Origin: Callorhinchus milii
Taxonomy: Eukaryota
DNA length: 64,000 bases
NCBI RefSeq assembly: GCF_018977255.1
Contig: NW_024704753.1
Location: 930,001-994,000, forward strand
Reading direction: 5' to 3'
Shown: one piece after another, positions 12,901 through 32,734 of the stretch
How the letters are laid out: each line of letters opens with the position of its first letter
Position numbering within the stretch: position 1 is the stretch's first letter
The notes under the pieces: generated by a model
What the model was told of the DNA's origin: nothing
Databases searched by the model: none
Seen by the model: the letters and a program-made list of their open reading frames with translations, nothing else
Translations under genes and position numbers: made by a program

Positions 12901-14440
12901 CTTCGGTCATCTAGGAACATAGGAACAGGAGTAGGCCGTTCAGCTCCTCAAGCCTGTTCCGCCATTCTACTAGATCATAATTGATTTAGTCTCAACTCCA
13001 ATTGCCCAATCTTTGCCCTGTCTTTCCCCACTCCCCTCGTCCTACCCCCAGCTCAGGTACAAATCTTTGACTCTCCTTGGGACATCCACCCGGTGTGAAA
13101 GGAGATACACGTATATAAATAAACATAAACTTGTTGGTTAAACAGTGCTGTGGACTGTACAGTACCAGCAGCTCTGTTACACTGCTCTACATAACTCCTG
13201 GTATCAAATGCAAATTCTTTTCAAAAGATCGTGTTGCAAAATGCTCTGAGCTCTCCTCCCCCCTTCTCTTTCTCATTCTTTTTCTCTTTTGTTTCTCTGC
13301 CTCCCCCTCCCCCCACACACATGCTGACGAGGCTACAATGCTCTCGTCTGGCTTCACCCGTTACTATTTGTCCTGAGCCTTGGAAATGAGGAGGAGAGTG
13401 ATAGTTTGGGATCTCGGTGGTTGCTTTTGTTTATAAAGTTTAAACGTATATATGAATAGATTGGTTTAACACATCTTTCTTCTTATTCCCCCCCCACCCC
13501 TCCACCGACACCTCATCTCCCCCGCACAGTCGGATGAGGACAGTGGGGAGCTGATGGAGAGAGAGGAGAGCCAGCAGAAGTTTATAGCCCATGTCCCCGT
13601 ACCCTCACAGAAAGAGGTAAGGCAGGGGGCGTTGGGATTCTTTGCCAATCAGCATGAATAAGAGATCTTGTTTGAAGATGCCAGGGGAGCACTAAGAGCT
13701 CTGTCTGTTTCTATATTGAATTAACGAGAGCGGGTTGGGATCTGGGCGACTTGAGAGGTTATGGCAGTGAAGAGAGAAATGAATGTCAGATGCCGAAGGA
13801 CATTGATAAAGGAACCAGCGGGTCATGTGCACCAAATGTGACTTGGCTCAAAGGAACGCAACACACGAGTAGATTGTTCCGTTTAACAGTTAAATCCCAT
13901 TAAGCACTTCACATGGTTAGCGATCTGTCTTTTTTTGGTGGGGAGTGGGGGTGGTGGGGGCTGAGATAATTTGTTAATGAGATAATTTGTACACAGTCAC
14001 TCCACTTTACAGTATATCCAGTGAAGCGTTTTGAGACGTCTTGAAGACATGTTAAGGCGCTGTATCAAATGCAAGGATTATTTTTTATATATAGGACTGA
14101 TTTTTTTTACACAAGAGAGTAGTAATAGCCTGAAAGGGCGGTGGAAGCAGATTCAATAACAACTTTCAAAAGGGAATTAGATAGGTACTTGAAAAGAAAA
14201 AGAAAAGAAAAAATGTGTGGGGCTATGGGGAAAGAGCGGGAGAGTGGGACTGATTGGGCAGCTCTTCCAAAGGCAAGATGGGCCGAATGGCCTCCTTTTG
14301 TGCTGTAATATTCTATTGATTCTTCGTTGCAGATTGAGGAGGCTCTGGTTCGGAGAAAGAAGATGGAGCTGTTACAGAAGTATGCCAGTGAAGCCTTGAT
14401 GGCTCAGAGCGAGGACGCGAAAAGGCTTCTGGGGCTGTAG
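6991..14440 (+). CDS. ISY1: ISY1 splicing factor homolog, 11 coding exons, 284 aa (gene span)
   Basis: join(6991-6993,8077-8099,8253-8304,8467-8532,9138-9180,9272-9384,9946-10063,10564-10686,12716-12834,13530-13616,14333-14440) = 855 nt, all GT-AG, phases consistent. Translates MARNAEKAMTALARFRQAQLEDGKVKERRPFLASEC...KYASEALMAQSEDAKRLLGL*, closely matching vertebrate ISY1. Confidence 0.97.
7290..7515. repeat. Poly-C/CT tract in ISY1 intron 1
   Basis: Near-pure C runs broken by single T or A. Confidence 0.9.
8077..8099 (+). CDS. ISY1: ISY1 exon 2
   Basis: ttctag|GCT CGA AAT GCA GAA AAG GCC AT|gtaagt = ARNAEKA(M). Confidence 0.95.
8253..8304 (+). CDS. ISY1: ISY1 exon 3
   Basis: TALARFRQAQLEDGKVK; AG/GT flanks. 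Confidence 0.95.
8467..8532 (+). CDS. ISY1: ISY1 exon 4
   Basis: ERRPFLASECSDSHKAEKWRRQ; AG/GT flanks. Confidence 0.96.
9138..9180 (+). CDS. ISY1: ISY1 exon 5
   Basis: IISEISKKVAQIQN; AG/GT flanks. Confidence 0.96.
9272..9384 (+). CDS. ISY1: ISY1 exon 6
   Basis: [38 protein letters not shown]. Confidence 0.97.
9946..10063 (+). CDS. ISY1: ISY1 exon 7
   Basis: [39 protein letters not shown]. Confidence 0.97.
10564..10686 (+). CDS. ISY1: ISY1 exon 8
   Basis: PPAPPRKTRAELMKDIDADYYGYRDDDDGVLLPLEQELEKR. Confidence 0.96.
11780..12670. repeat. Inverted duplication, arms 11780-11935 and 12485-12670
   Basis: 156-nt arms with 7 substitutions by manual alignment; arm 2 has an extra ~30-nt tandem copy. 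Confidence 0.92.
12716..12834 (+). CDS. ISY1: ISY1 exon 9
   Basis: VIMEAVEKWKADKEARLASGVDKEEEEEEEVNIYAVKDEE. Confidence 0.95.
13530..13616 (+). CDS. ISY1: ISY1 exon 10
   Basis: SDEDSGELMEREESQQKFIAHVPVPSQKE. Confidence 0.96.
14100..14323 (+). mobile_element. CR1-type LINE 3' end
   Basis: ORF2-end-like sequence, then atgggccgaatggcctcc...tgctgtaatATTCTATTGATTCT tail. Confidence 0.82.
14333..14440 (+). CDS. ISY1: ISY1 exon 11 (last coding exon)
   Basis: IEEALVRRKKMELLQKYASEALMAQSEDAKRLLGL*. Confidence 0.96.
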   Translation: MEEALVRRKKMELLQKYASEALMAQSEDAKRLLGL

Positions 14441-14745
14441 CCGCGAGGTGTCGTGTTCCCGCGTGACAAGGACTTGTGTTTACACACGATCGCAGCAAAC
14501 CCAAAGCAACGCCTTCTATAGACATTGTGCCTCACGTTTCACGGCGACTCGACGATATTGTATCGCGGTGTCGGCCGTTCTAGTCAACGAACGACGGCAC
14601 TTCCTGTATATAACCAGCTCGTTCCCGAGTCTCCGGTTGCGATTGTCTGCTCGTCCCTCGATTCAGCAACAAAGTCATTGATCTTTTCTACGCAGTGATT
14701 GAGTGAATGTGGTGTTTTCCTGTGCGTTGTAATATACCGACCGCA

Positions 14746-14751
14746 ATTAAA
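14746..14751 (+). terminator. Candidate ISY1 polyadenylation signal ATTAAA
   Basis: ATTAAA about 300 nt after the stop, followed by T-rich sequence. Confidence 0.5.
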
Positions 14752-15051
14752 CTTTATTTTTCTGCACCTCATATTTCCCAATTCTGACGAGCGAGCTAGG
14801 TTTGCCTTATACGGGGAGGAAGGTATATGAGGAGTTCTTCCATCCTCTTCTCCTCACCCTACACAAGCACACACACACACACACACCGTCTATTCCCCCC
14901 TACCCGCCCCACATACAGATACGCCTTCTTACTGCGGCCTCCCCCTCTGCCGTGTATTGAGTTCTATAGTTCAGTCGCTGGGTTTGATCGTGTTCACTGT
15001 GTGCTCGGTGTAAATGGGTTGGGGGGGGGGTTCAGATTGCCATTACCTCGA

Positions 15052-15385
15052 GCCCTGTAGCGTAGTGGTTAGAGCACTCACCTCGCAAGAGAGAGGACGC
15101 AGGTTTGATTCCCGGGCAGGGCGAAACCTTAGGCAGGTTTCCTTACTCCACACACCTCTGTTAACCAGCAGTGAGTAGGAACCCGGTTGGTGGATCACTT
15201 TCCGGGGGTAATAATCCCTCCAAAAAAAATTGGTCATTCAATCCACGACTGTGGGGACGCTGCTGTGTGCAATTGACGCTGCTGTGCGCAATTTCCGCCC
15301 ACAAAATACACAGTCACTCCACTTTACAGTTTATTCTGTGAAGTATTTTGAGGCGTCTCAATGACATGATAAGGCGCTGTGTCAA
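15052..15385 (+). mobile_element. tRNA-derived SINE, near full length
   Basis: A box TAGCGTAGTGG, B box GGTTTGATTCC, shared body and L2-like tail. Confidence 0.9.
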
Positions 15386-15767
15386 GTATTGCTCTCCCGT
15401 TTAACAAGACATTTATGTGACACCACTGAGGGGGGGGGGGGGGGCGGGGCAATGACCCTCCGTGTACCACGTTGTACGAGGCTAATCGTGTCAGCATTAA
15501 TTCATACCAGATAACTTAGTCCATGTGATCTAACGTACACATTTTTATTTAGGACAGTGTAGGCTACTGTTGGCTTTGCTTAGAGCTCAAAATTGTTCAG
15601 TTATATAAAAAATGAAATCAACGTGATGTATCCACCGCACCCGCGAGGCAATGAAAAGAACTTCTTTCAGCGAATCTCTGGCTAAATACCGTCGGAGGAT
15701 TCACAGGCGGATGGCAGGTCACTGAGAGTTTCCGTCCGTGCCTACCGTGTGCAGTGCTCGCCCTATC

Positions 15768-16010
15768 GTGGAGTCCTGTAGCGTAGTGGTTAGCGCGCTC
15801 GCCTCGCAAGCGAGGGGACCCGGGTTCGATTCCCGGGCGGGGCCAAACCTGAAACAGTTTCCTTACTCCACACACAGCGACACGCGCACACCTCTGTGTC
15901 CGGCTGTCAGTCCATTGGTCACTTCAACCCACAAAACGCACAGACGCCCCACTCTTTACGGCGTGTCCTGTGCGGCGCTTTGAGACGTCTCAAAGGTGCG
16001 ACGAGGCGCT
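15768..16010 (+). mobile_element. tRNA-derived SINE with an intact CpG-rich head
   Basis: Perfect A and B boxes followed by the family body with an internal deletion. Confidence 0.88.
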
Positions 16011-16178
16011 GGGTGGGTGGGTGGGTGGGTGGGTCACACGCCGGGATTACTATTGAGACCACGAAGACCATGATGATAATAATAATAAAATGGGTCATGG
16101 GTTTCCAGTGTGTCAGACACCTGTCTGACCCCCAGAAATCTGATCAGTGGCTCACTTCATGGCTGTTAGTGTGTGTGT

Positions 16179-16216
<38 letters not shown>

Positions 16217-16348
16217 GAGAATTGCTATGGGGCAAAATTACCAGCAGGGTGTCCTCTGACAGTCACTACACAGCCCAGATGTTGTGCTGGAGGGGGTGAG
16301 AGGCTGATGGGTGTCACTCGGTGACGCGGCTCAGGGCTGAGGAATGGC

Positions 16349-16355
16349 TATAAAA
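16349..16355 (+). promoter_or_regulatory. TATA box upstream of the HDHD5-like gene
   Basis: ggcTATAAAAagc in a CpG-rich patch about 550 nt upstream of the ATG. Confidence 0.5.
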
Positions 16356-16466
16356 AGCTCAGGAGTCGGAGCTGCGGCTTCGGAGCCGAGAGTCGGGTTT
16401 GGGGTCGGCGGGAGTCGGGGGTCCCGGAGGCGGGTCATAGGGGGGCAGTGTATCCGGGGAGAGGGG

Positions 16467-16902
16467 GACAGGACAGGACAGGGTGGGACACCCCCCACAC
16501 AGCCCCCCACACAGGACAGGGTGGGACACCCCCCCCACAGCCCCCCCACACCCACACAGGACAGGGTGGGACACCCCCCCACAGCCCCCACAGGACAGGG
16601 TGGGACACCCCCCCCACAGCCCCCCACACAGGACAGGGTGGGACACCCCCACAGCCCCCCACACCCAAAGGACAGGGTGGGACCCCCCACCCCCACAGGA
16701 CAGGGTGGGACCCCCCACACCCACAGCACAGGGTGGGACCCCCCACACCCCCACAGGACAGGGTGGGACCCCCACACCCCCACAGCACAGGGTGGGACCC
16801 CCCACACCCCCACAGCACAGGGTGGGACCCCCCACACCCACAGCACAGGGTGGGACCCCCCACACCCACAGCACAGGGTGGGACCCCCCACACCCCCACA
16901 GG
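16467..16902. repeat. Minisatellite with core CACAG(G/C)ACAGGGTGGGAC(A)CCCCCCACA
   Basis: About 13 variable-length units ending immediately before the HDHD5-like ATG. Confidence 0.92.
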
Positions 16903-25668
<8,766 letters not shown>

Positions 25669-25769
25669 TGGGGTTTGGCTTCTCTACACACAATCCTCTT
25701 AACGTCTCTTTGCTTCTCTTCCCTCCCCACTCCACTCCGCCCCGCTCCCCTCCCTCCCCTGCCCCGCCG

Positions 25770-26085
25770 TAGCCTACCTTACCCGCTCCACCGTTGCCCA
25801 CACGTTTAGGCGGTCAGGCTTTCAGCCTCTCTGCCCCCACCCTCTGGAACTCCACACCCGAATCCCTTCCGTCTCGCGGCCCTCCCTCGCCTCCTTCAAG
25901 GCGCATCTCAAGACCCTCCTCTTTACCCGCACCTTCGGCCGTCCTTCTACCCCCCACCACCCCACCTGACCCACCATCCCTCTTGATTCCAACCCCCAGC
26001 TCGGGTGCAAACCCTTAAATGTCCAGCGCCTTGGGACGTCCTCCAACCGTGAAAGGCACCATGTAAATGTAATGTGTTGTCGTTT
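25770..26085 (+). mobile_element. L2-type LINE 3' end in the HDHD5-like 3' UTR (related pieces at 7523-7710, 24420-24553, 34070-34235 and 53880-54035)
   Basis: gctttcagc...gcccccaccctctggaactc...ttcaag...ctcaagaccctcctcttt, then an agcgccttggga...gtgaaaggc...(TTG)n tail. Confidence 0.75.
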
Positions 26086-26113
26086 GTATGATGAACTTTT
26101 CAAATACACACAC

Positions 26114-26145
<32 letters not shown>

Positions 26146-26375
26146 CCACACACAGTGTGTCTGTGTGCGTGTCTGTGTATTTATACAGTAAACTCCTGAT
26201 AACTCGACCCTGGCTTCACTTGTCACGATCACTTATATCATTATGCTGTCAATATTTCGGACGCATTTATTTATGTGCTTATACACACGTCCAAATCACC
26301 ACTACAGATAACTCCATCACTGAGCCCTTTACCTTTGGAGCAACGAGTTACCAGGAGTTTGACGTATGTGTGTAG

Positions 26376-26381
26376 AATAAA
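26376..26381 (+). terminator. Candidate HDHD5-like polyadenylation signal
   Basis: AATAAA about 700 nt after the stop. Confidence 0.55.
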
Positions 26382-29359
26382 GGTTAAGTTAGTTTAACAT
26401 AGTATAAAGTTTAACTAATCCACTTTCAATCTGCCGACCCAAATGTTTTCCGATTTCACTTGGTGAGGTGGGGGTGGGGGACAAGTCTGTGACATTTCTG
26501 AATCCTTTTCTTTGTGTTATATTACAAGGAAGCATCGAACACATCCCGCACCCCCCCCACTCCCCCTCACTCACAAACACACTCAAATCCCCCCCCCCCC
26601 CACACACCACCCCACCACCCCACTCCGTAATGCTGAGGAGCTGAACCTTACCCTTGACAGTCAACATCCGCACAATGGAAAGTTTTACCTCCCCAAAAAC
26701 AAAATTCCTCTGACCTCTCTGTCTCTCCCCCCCTCTCCCAACTCAGACCTCAGGGACTTTACCCTTAAAACAAAGCGATCTGAGAACGGTAGCTGCTGTC
26801 ACAGAAAGTTCAGTGATTCTATTTGTTTTGTTTTTGACGTCATTTTGATGTGGATGTGTGTGGATGTGGTGGGGTGGGGGGGGGGGGGGGGTTTGCACAA
26901 CGTATTGGAAAATTTTAGTTCACCGAACAAAATGAAGAAAGGTCAACTTAAATTCCAGTTAACCCCTCTCTCCTCTTCCCCACTTCCGCACACACAAACC
27001 CCCCCACACAGACACACACACACGTACACACATACACCCCCCCCACACACATACCCCCACCCCCACACACATACCCCCACCCCCACACACATTTCCCCCC
27101 CCCCCACACACACACCCCATACACCCAACACAGCCCAGTGCTGGGAATCTCCCATTCCAATGTGCAAACTCAACATGATGCAATTTTGAGGACTGCACAT
27201 TCTGTGCTTTTCACACTTAGAAAGCTTTGGTCTGTAGACGAACGGACATGGCGTGTTATTACCCCCTTTAGCCTGGTGTGCCCCGGCCTGGTGTGCCGCG
27301 GTGCCTTCCTTGTGCCGCGTAAACAAATGGCCTGTTAATACGACACTTGCTCTCTTATAAGAAATCAGGAGCAGGAAGGTTACCATCCAGCCTGTTCCTC
27401 CCCCTGACCCACAAATTCTACCCTCCCCAAACCCACCTCCCCACCATTACCCCTCAATATTTTTACTGACCTGGTATCTCTCCCTTCCTCTCTCCCTTAA
27501 ATCCCTCGAGCTATTCATCATCTCTGGCTTCCAGTTCTCACCATTCTTAATCATATTGATTCTTCCTTGGCCCCAATTGGAAGGTCATCATCATAAGAAT
27601 AATAATAATCCTTACATTTGATGTAGCGCCTTATCACGTCTTTGAGACGTCTCAAAATGCTTCACAGGATATACCCTAAAGTGTAGTGACTGTATATTTT
27701 GTGCGCGAAACTTGGCAGCCAATTGCGCACAGCAGAGTCCCACAAACAGCCGTGGATTGAGTGACCACATGTCCTCTCCCCCACCACCAGCCTCCAATGC
27801 AAACCATAGGTCTCACTCAGGTAAATATTGAGACCCCAGTGACCATTAATACTATAGATTAGCAGTTGTTCTCTCTCGGGCTGTGTCACATACCCACGAT
27901 GAAGACTTGCTGCTCGCTGCCCCCCCACCCCGCCCTCCACACTGGTGCTCTTCCCTTGGTTTCCACCTCCGACTATTTATTAATGACCGGAGTTTTAGAT
28001 GGATTTTATTGTGAACAAAGCGTGTTTTTTAAGAAAAGCCTAATTTAATTTAAACACTTGTGTTTTTCATCTGACTTTCCGCTCCGTTGAAACTGAGTGC
28101 GGCCGGTTTGTTTTGAGCGCCTCGGGACGTGCTCCCGACGTGAAAGGCGCTGTGTAATGCAATGTGTTGTTGTTGAGGCAGTTTAACTTGTCTGTTGTTT
28201 TCCGTCTCCCACGAACATCCTCCTCCTTCCCCCCACCCCCCCATACCACGCGCGTAACTAATCTCTCCATCTGTTCTTTGTTGTGACATTTCTGTACAAG
28301 TTAATGAGGCACTAAAATAAGTGTGTTTTTCTTTAATAAAAAAAAACCCTTTTCTTTTATGCTTTTACCTTTTAATAATCTTGTTCACTCGAGCCTCTCT
28401 CATGCCCTCAGGCAGGTCCCTGTCCCTGTGTTCCCGCTGCTTTATCCCCAGACTGTGTCGGACAGTAAAGCACAATGTGTCAATGGATTATTCTGGTCTC
28501 CATGTGTGTCTGTAGTTGTTCAGACAGAGACGAGACCTCGGTTTAACGTCTTGCACGAAGCACGGCACCTTTGACAATGCAACGCTCCATTACCATGTGT
28601 GTCAGACACTCAGCTGATCATGGTGATGGGTTTCCGTGTGTGTCAAGACTCTCGCTGACTCCCCCAGCACACCCTTTCCCCCCATCTCCCGCCCCCCCCA
28701 TACCTGCTGTGGAGCGTCAGTCTGGAATGTGGAGCTTGAACCAATGTTATGAGCTGGAGGTGAGCGCTGGAGTGTCTGAGGTGAGCTGGGAGTGTGTGAG
28801 CGCTTGCTCTGACCTGGGGTGTCTCAATGCCCAACACTGGCTGCTGTTAAGAGAGAAACCGGACCCTGTTCCCAGCCCCGTCCCAACAAACAACCGGGTG
28901 GGATTGAAGAGTTGGAATGCAGGTAATTTTATTGGTAAGGCAACTGTGGGAATGCAGAGAATTAACCAGCGGATTCTACACAATCTGCTTCCTCCCTCAC
29001 TCTGTGGCCTCTCGGGATCCTCGTGTGCGCTCCTGGAATTCCCCCTCCCTCCACCCCGGAGCTGAGTTCCCGGAAAGCTGTCCCTCCCATGCAGTCTGTA
29101 CACAGCGACCAATACCGGCTCAATCGCAGCGCTGTACCGTTCTGTGCCCGCTCCTGGCAAACCTTCTGTTGTAATCATTTGGAGTAGGTTGGGTCAGTTC
29201 GCGGGCCACATCCGGCCCAGGGAATGGTTTTTATTCGGCCTCCGAACCATTCTCAACTTCATTGTCCGACGAGCAAATACAGGTGACACGCAGACCCCAA
29301 GTCTATCCGGGCGGTTACCAGGGGCTTAGGCTAGAGAAACAAACGAGGTAGGCAGGAGT

Positions 29360-29545
29360 TATGACGACATGCTGTCGGTGGTGGAGACGTCAGCCAAGGA
29401 CGCCAGCAATGTGGAGGAGGCCTTCGTGCAGATGGGAACGGAGCTGATGCTGAGGCATGCGGGGCCCATGTTCATGGAGAAAGCCTCCGAGGGAATCAAA
29501 CTGAACAGTAAAGACGTGAGCACCGGCTGGACATGCGGCTGCTGA
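29360..29545 (+). pseudogene. RAB43: RAB43 C-terminal fragment (3' part of the last exon only)
   Basis: [61 protein letters not shown]: G5 motif ETSAK and CxC prenylation end, very like the RAB43 C-terminus. In-frame TAG at 29327-29329, and no NKxD or earlier exons seen in the window. RAB43 identity is confident; pseudogene versus assembly artefact is not resolved. Confidence 0.8.
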
Positions 29546-29938
29546 CAGCCCCTACACGCCCGCCTCGATCCCGGACTAACTATGAGTCTTAGACTCGGCT
29601 TTTGAAGGATTAGACATTCTTTAGCGGTGCGCGTGTGTGGTGGGGGGTGGAGGCCTGGACTGGGGAGGCAATGAGGGTACGTAATTTGCACATAAATCAT
29701 TGGACCCCATTCACAGTGTATCCCCTCCCCACCCATTCCTTGCCTCCCCCCACCCACCCCCAACTCCATCCCTTTGATCAGAATCTAGGGCCTGACTTTC
29801 TCTGTTGATGTCTTTGACATTCCGGATTCCTCAAGATTCCAGAGACAGCGGGATTTGCCTTAACTGCCGAGACTTATAGTGCACCCCCTTTCTCTTCCCC
29901 CCCCTGCCCCGCAGTTCTCCCCAGCCCCCTCCCCACCC

Positions 29939-29963
29939 NNNNNNNNNNNNNNNNNNNNNNNNN
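29939..29963. other. Assembly gap (25 N)
   Basis: N run. Confidence 1.
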
Positions 29964-31226
29964 GGGTGGATGTTAAACATCGCAGGGCACTGGGCGAAAA
30001 GGGAAGGGAGTCTCTCTCTCTCTCCCGGTGTCCTGGACAACAATCCCCCTAATAAAATTGGTCACTCGCTCCTTGGCTGTTTATGGGAAATTGCTGTGCG
30101 CAAATTGGCTGCCACTGTACAAATCCACTGTATGTATAGCCTGTGAAGCACTTTGGGACATTCTCCTGACGTGAAAGGCGCTGTACTAAATATAAGGATT
30201 ATTATTATTAGTTATTATTATTTATTACTATTATCTTCCCTATTCCTCTTGACAGTGAGAAACGTGAAATGAACCCAATGCAGTAATAATAATAATAATA
30301 ATAACAACACTATCTCCTGTACTCTGCTCAGTGGGATTGGAACACACACTCACTACCCACTGATCAGTGTCCTCTCCTCAGTTGTAATTAATCATAATCA
30401 TTATCGAGTTGACTCCCTGTAGGATAAGAGGTTTAGAGTTACGAAGGGGCAATTTCAGCACAGACACCAGGAAGTGTTTCTTTACCCAGAGGTTAATTAA
30501 CGACTGGAAAGAGGATTGTCAGAAAGGGTGGTTGAGGCCAGGACACCGGGACTCATTTAAAAAGCAGCTGGACACTGGGATGAGGGGTTGGGTGTTCTGT
30601 TGAGAGGAGATCAGATGGGCCAAAGAGAGAGCGAGAGAAAGAAGAGTGAGTGTGTGCTCTCTGGTCCGGGCTGGTGCCTGGCGGCTTGCTGGTTGGTGGA
30701 GCTGTTATCTCTGTGGAACACCAGTGCGGTGGCGGGAGCTGGAGGCTGGGGACCTGCCGACGTTTATCACGGACACGGTTATCAGCCGAGTGCAGCCACT
30801 GGAGCCAAACAGAGGGATAAACCAACCACCGCAGCCCCGGGGGAGGAGCTGAGCTAATTCTCCTCGTTCCTCCGGCACGTAGGCAGCAGAACGTTGCTGG
30901 TGTATGCTCTGTGCCAAGGCTGAGAAGAGGTAGTTGGCCCATCCCACACACACGCACGCACACACACGCACGCACACAGAACAGGCAGATGGAACCTTGG
31001 TTTATCCGAAGGACGGAGCTTCCAACAATGCCGTGTTCCCCCCCAGCACTGCCTTGGAGCGTCAGCATAGACTATGTGATTCCAAATCCTGACGTGGGAC
31101 TTGAAACCACAACCTTCGAAGGCCTCAGAGGAGAGAGAGAGAGAGAGAGAGAGCGCGCGCACCAGACTGACACACGAGATGATCAGTTTAAGATTTTAAC
31201 AGGTGACAGGTTTCCGTGTTCATGGT

Positions 31227-31232
31227 TTTATT
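31227..31232 (-). terminator. Candidate GP9 polyadenylation signal
   Basis: TTTATT on + (AATAAA on -) about 300 nt past the stop. Confidence 0.6.
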
Positions 31233-31535
31233 AATCGGATATTAGACATTACAGGGCAAAACTGTGCATAGCGTGAGACCAACGTGACAATTTAGTAAAA
31301 GACACACAGTTTACACACCTGATTCTCACCGTTTACACTCGGTTCATACATAGGTTTACACACAGTTTGCACAGAGCTTGCACACCGCCTGCACATGATA
31401 GCCCCAACGCTAGTGAAACCCTGCGTCTGTATAAGTGTCCGTGTGTGTAAGTGTGCGCGTGTGTTGGTGTGTGTGTTAGTGTGTGTGTGTGTGTATGTTA
31501 GTGTGCGTGTGTGTGTGGGGCGGGGGTGGTCTCTC

Positions 31536-32154
31536 TCACAGGGATTTCCAGTGCCGTGCCCTGGGGTGGTCCGGAGGTGGCTGGAGTGTGTTGGGGTTGG
31601 TCAGGCGAACCCGGAAGCTCAGGTGCTTGGCAATGTAGATGGCGCAGGCGGAGAGACAGAGAGTGAGGAGAGCGGCCACGGAGAGCAAGACGTCTACCCT
31701 GATGAAGTGCTGACACTGGACGGACCACCAGCCCCGGCAGCTGGACTGCTCCTCCGTGACCCGTGACACTCGCTTGCCCTTGGCGGAGGCCGGGGACGAG
31801 CAGCGGATCTTTCGCTCCATCCGGAGTTCCTGCCCCCTCAGCCACTGCCTGAGATAAGCGATCTGGCAGTCACACACCCAGGGGTTATTGGACAGCTCCA
31901 CCCTGCGCAGATCCCTCGGCTTGTCAAAGGTGCCCGGGGCCACGGCTGTCAGCCTGTTGGACTGCAGGTAAAGCTCGCTGGTGTTCTCGGGCAGGGCGGG
32001 CACCTCCCTCAGCCCCAGCCGGCTACAGTCAACCTTCAACCCCCCGGGGCTCAGTGGCGTGCAGTGGCAGGGATCCGGGCAGGGCACCCCGCCCACCGGC
32101 AGGGTTAATAGCAAGATCAGCGGCGCTCCAATGCAGGCCAACATGGCGTGTGTG
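31536..32154 (-). CDS. GP9: Platelet/thrombocyte glycoprotein IX, main coding exon (internal ATG at 32144)
   Basis: Signal peptide, LRRNT CPDPCHC...DCS, one LRR (ELYLQSNRL), LRRCT NNPWVCDC...RCSSP...SC, TM segment DVLLSVAALL with the GPIX-type Asp; position between RAB43 and EFCC1; acceptor cccctacag at 32155. Confidence 0.9.
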
Positions 32155-32711
32155 CTGTAGGGGAGGATCGGGGATAACGTGGGTTTAAAGGGAGGCAGTG
32201 GAACCAGCTCACAGCCATTCGGCCATCTTTACTCATTGAACTGACTGTCCATGCCCCCCGCCCTCCTATCCCCGACTCCCCATACTGCAGCTGTCTACTG
32301 TAACCCCATCCCCTGCCCTCTGCTGCATTTTGCCCTGCGCGGCCATGAGTGAATGACCCCAATTTATCTGGAGAAACTTCCTTCTGTCTTCCAACAGCAC
32401 CGCAGGAGTTTGACGTCTGCCTGAGCAAACACCGGTCGGGGAGCTCGGTGTAACGTCTCAGGGCGGCACCCTTAGCAAACGAAGGCCCCCCCCCCCCCCA
32501 GCGTCTTAACTTGTCTGTGAGCTCAAGAGTTCCTGATGCTACAGCTCGAACCAATGACCTCCTAACCCTGGAGCGACCAAGCCAAAAAATGTCTAATCCT
32601 GTTCGTAACCGCTCACCCCAAAATGCTTTCTTTTGCCCTGAAACGTGTCACGTGAGGTACAGGCAAGAGTAAACCGTCTGGATAGTTTATCCGTGTCTCT
32701 CTGGCTCTTAC

Positions 32712-32734
32712 CTTGCTATGCTGACCCACGCCAT
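32712..32734 (-). CDS. GP9: GP9 exon 1 coding part (in-frame upstream ATG, MAWVSIA)
   Basis: gcaATGGCGTGGGTCAGCATAGCAAG|gtaaga. 23 nt plus 10 nt of exon 2 put it in frame with the ATG at 32144 (213 aa in total). TATATAAA lies about 50 nt upstream. Confidence 0.6.

Noticed and set aside
15768-15850. Possible tRNA-Ala(CGC) gene with perfect A and B boxes
   Set aside because: The acceptor stem is mostly G-T pairs and the sequence continues into the SINE body; it is a SINE head.
26400-29330. RAB43 exons 1-2 expected here
   Set aside because: I found no GxxxxGK(T/S), TIGVDF or WDTAGQ coding sequence; the region is repeats and low-complexity DNA.
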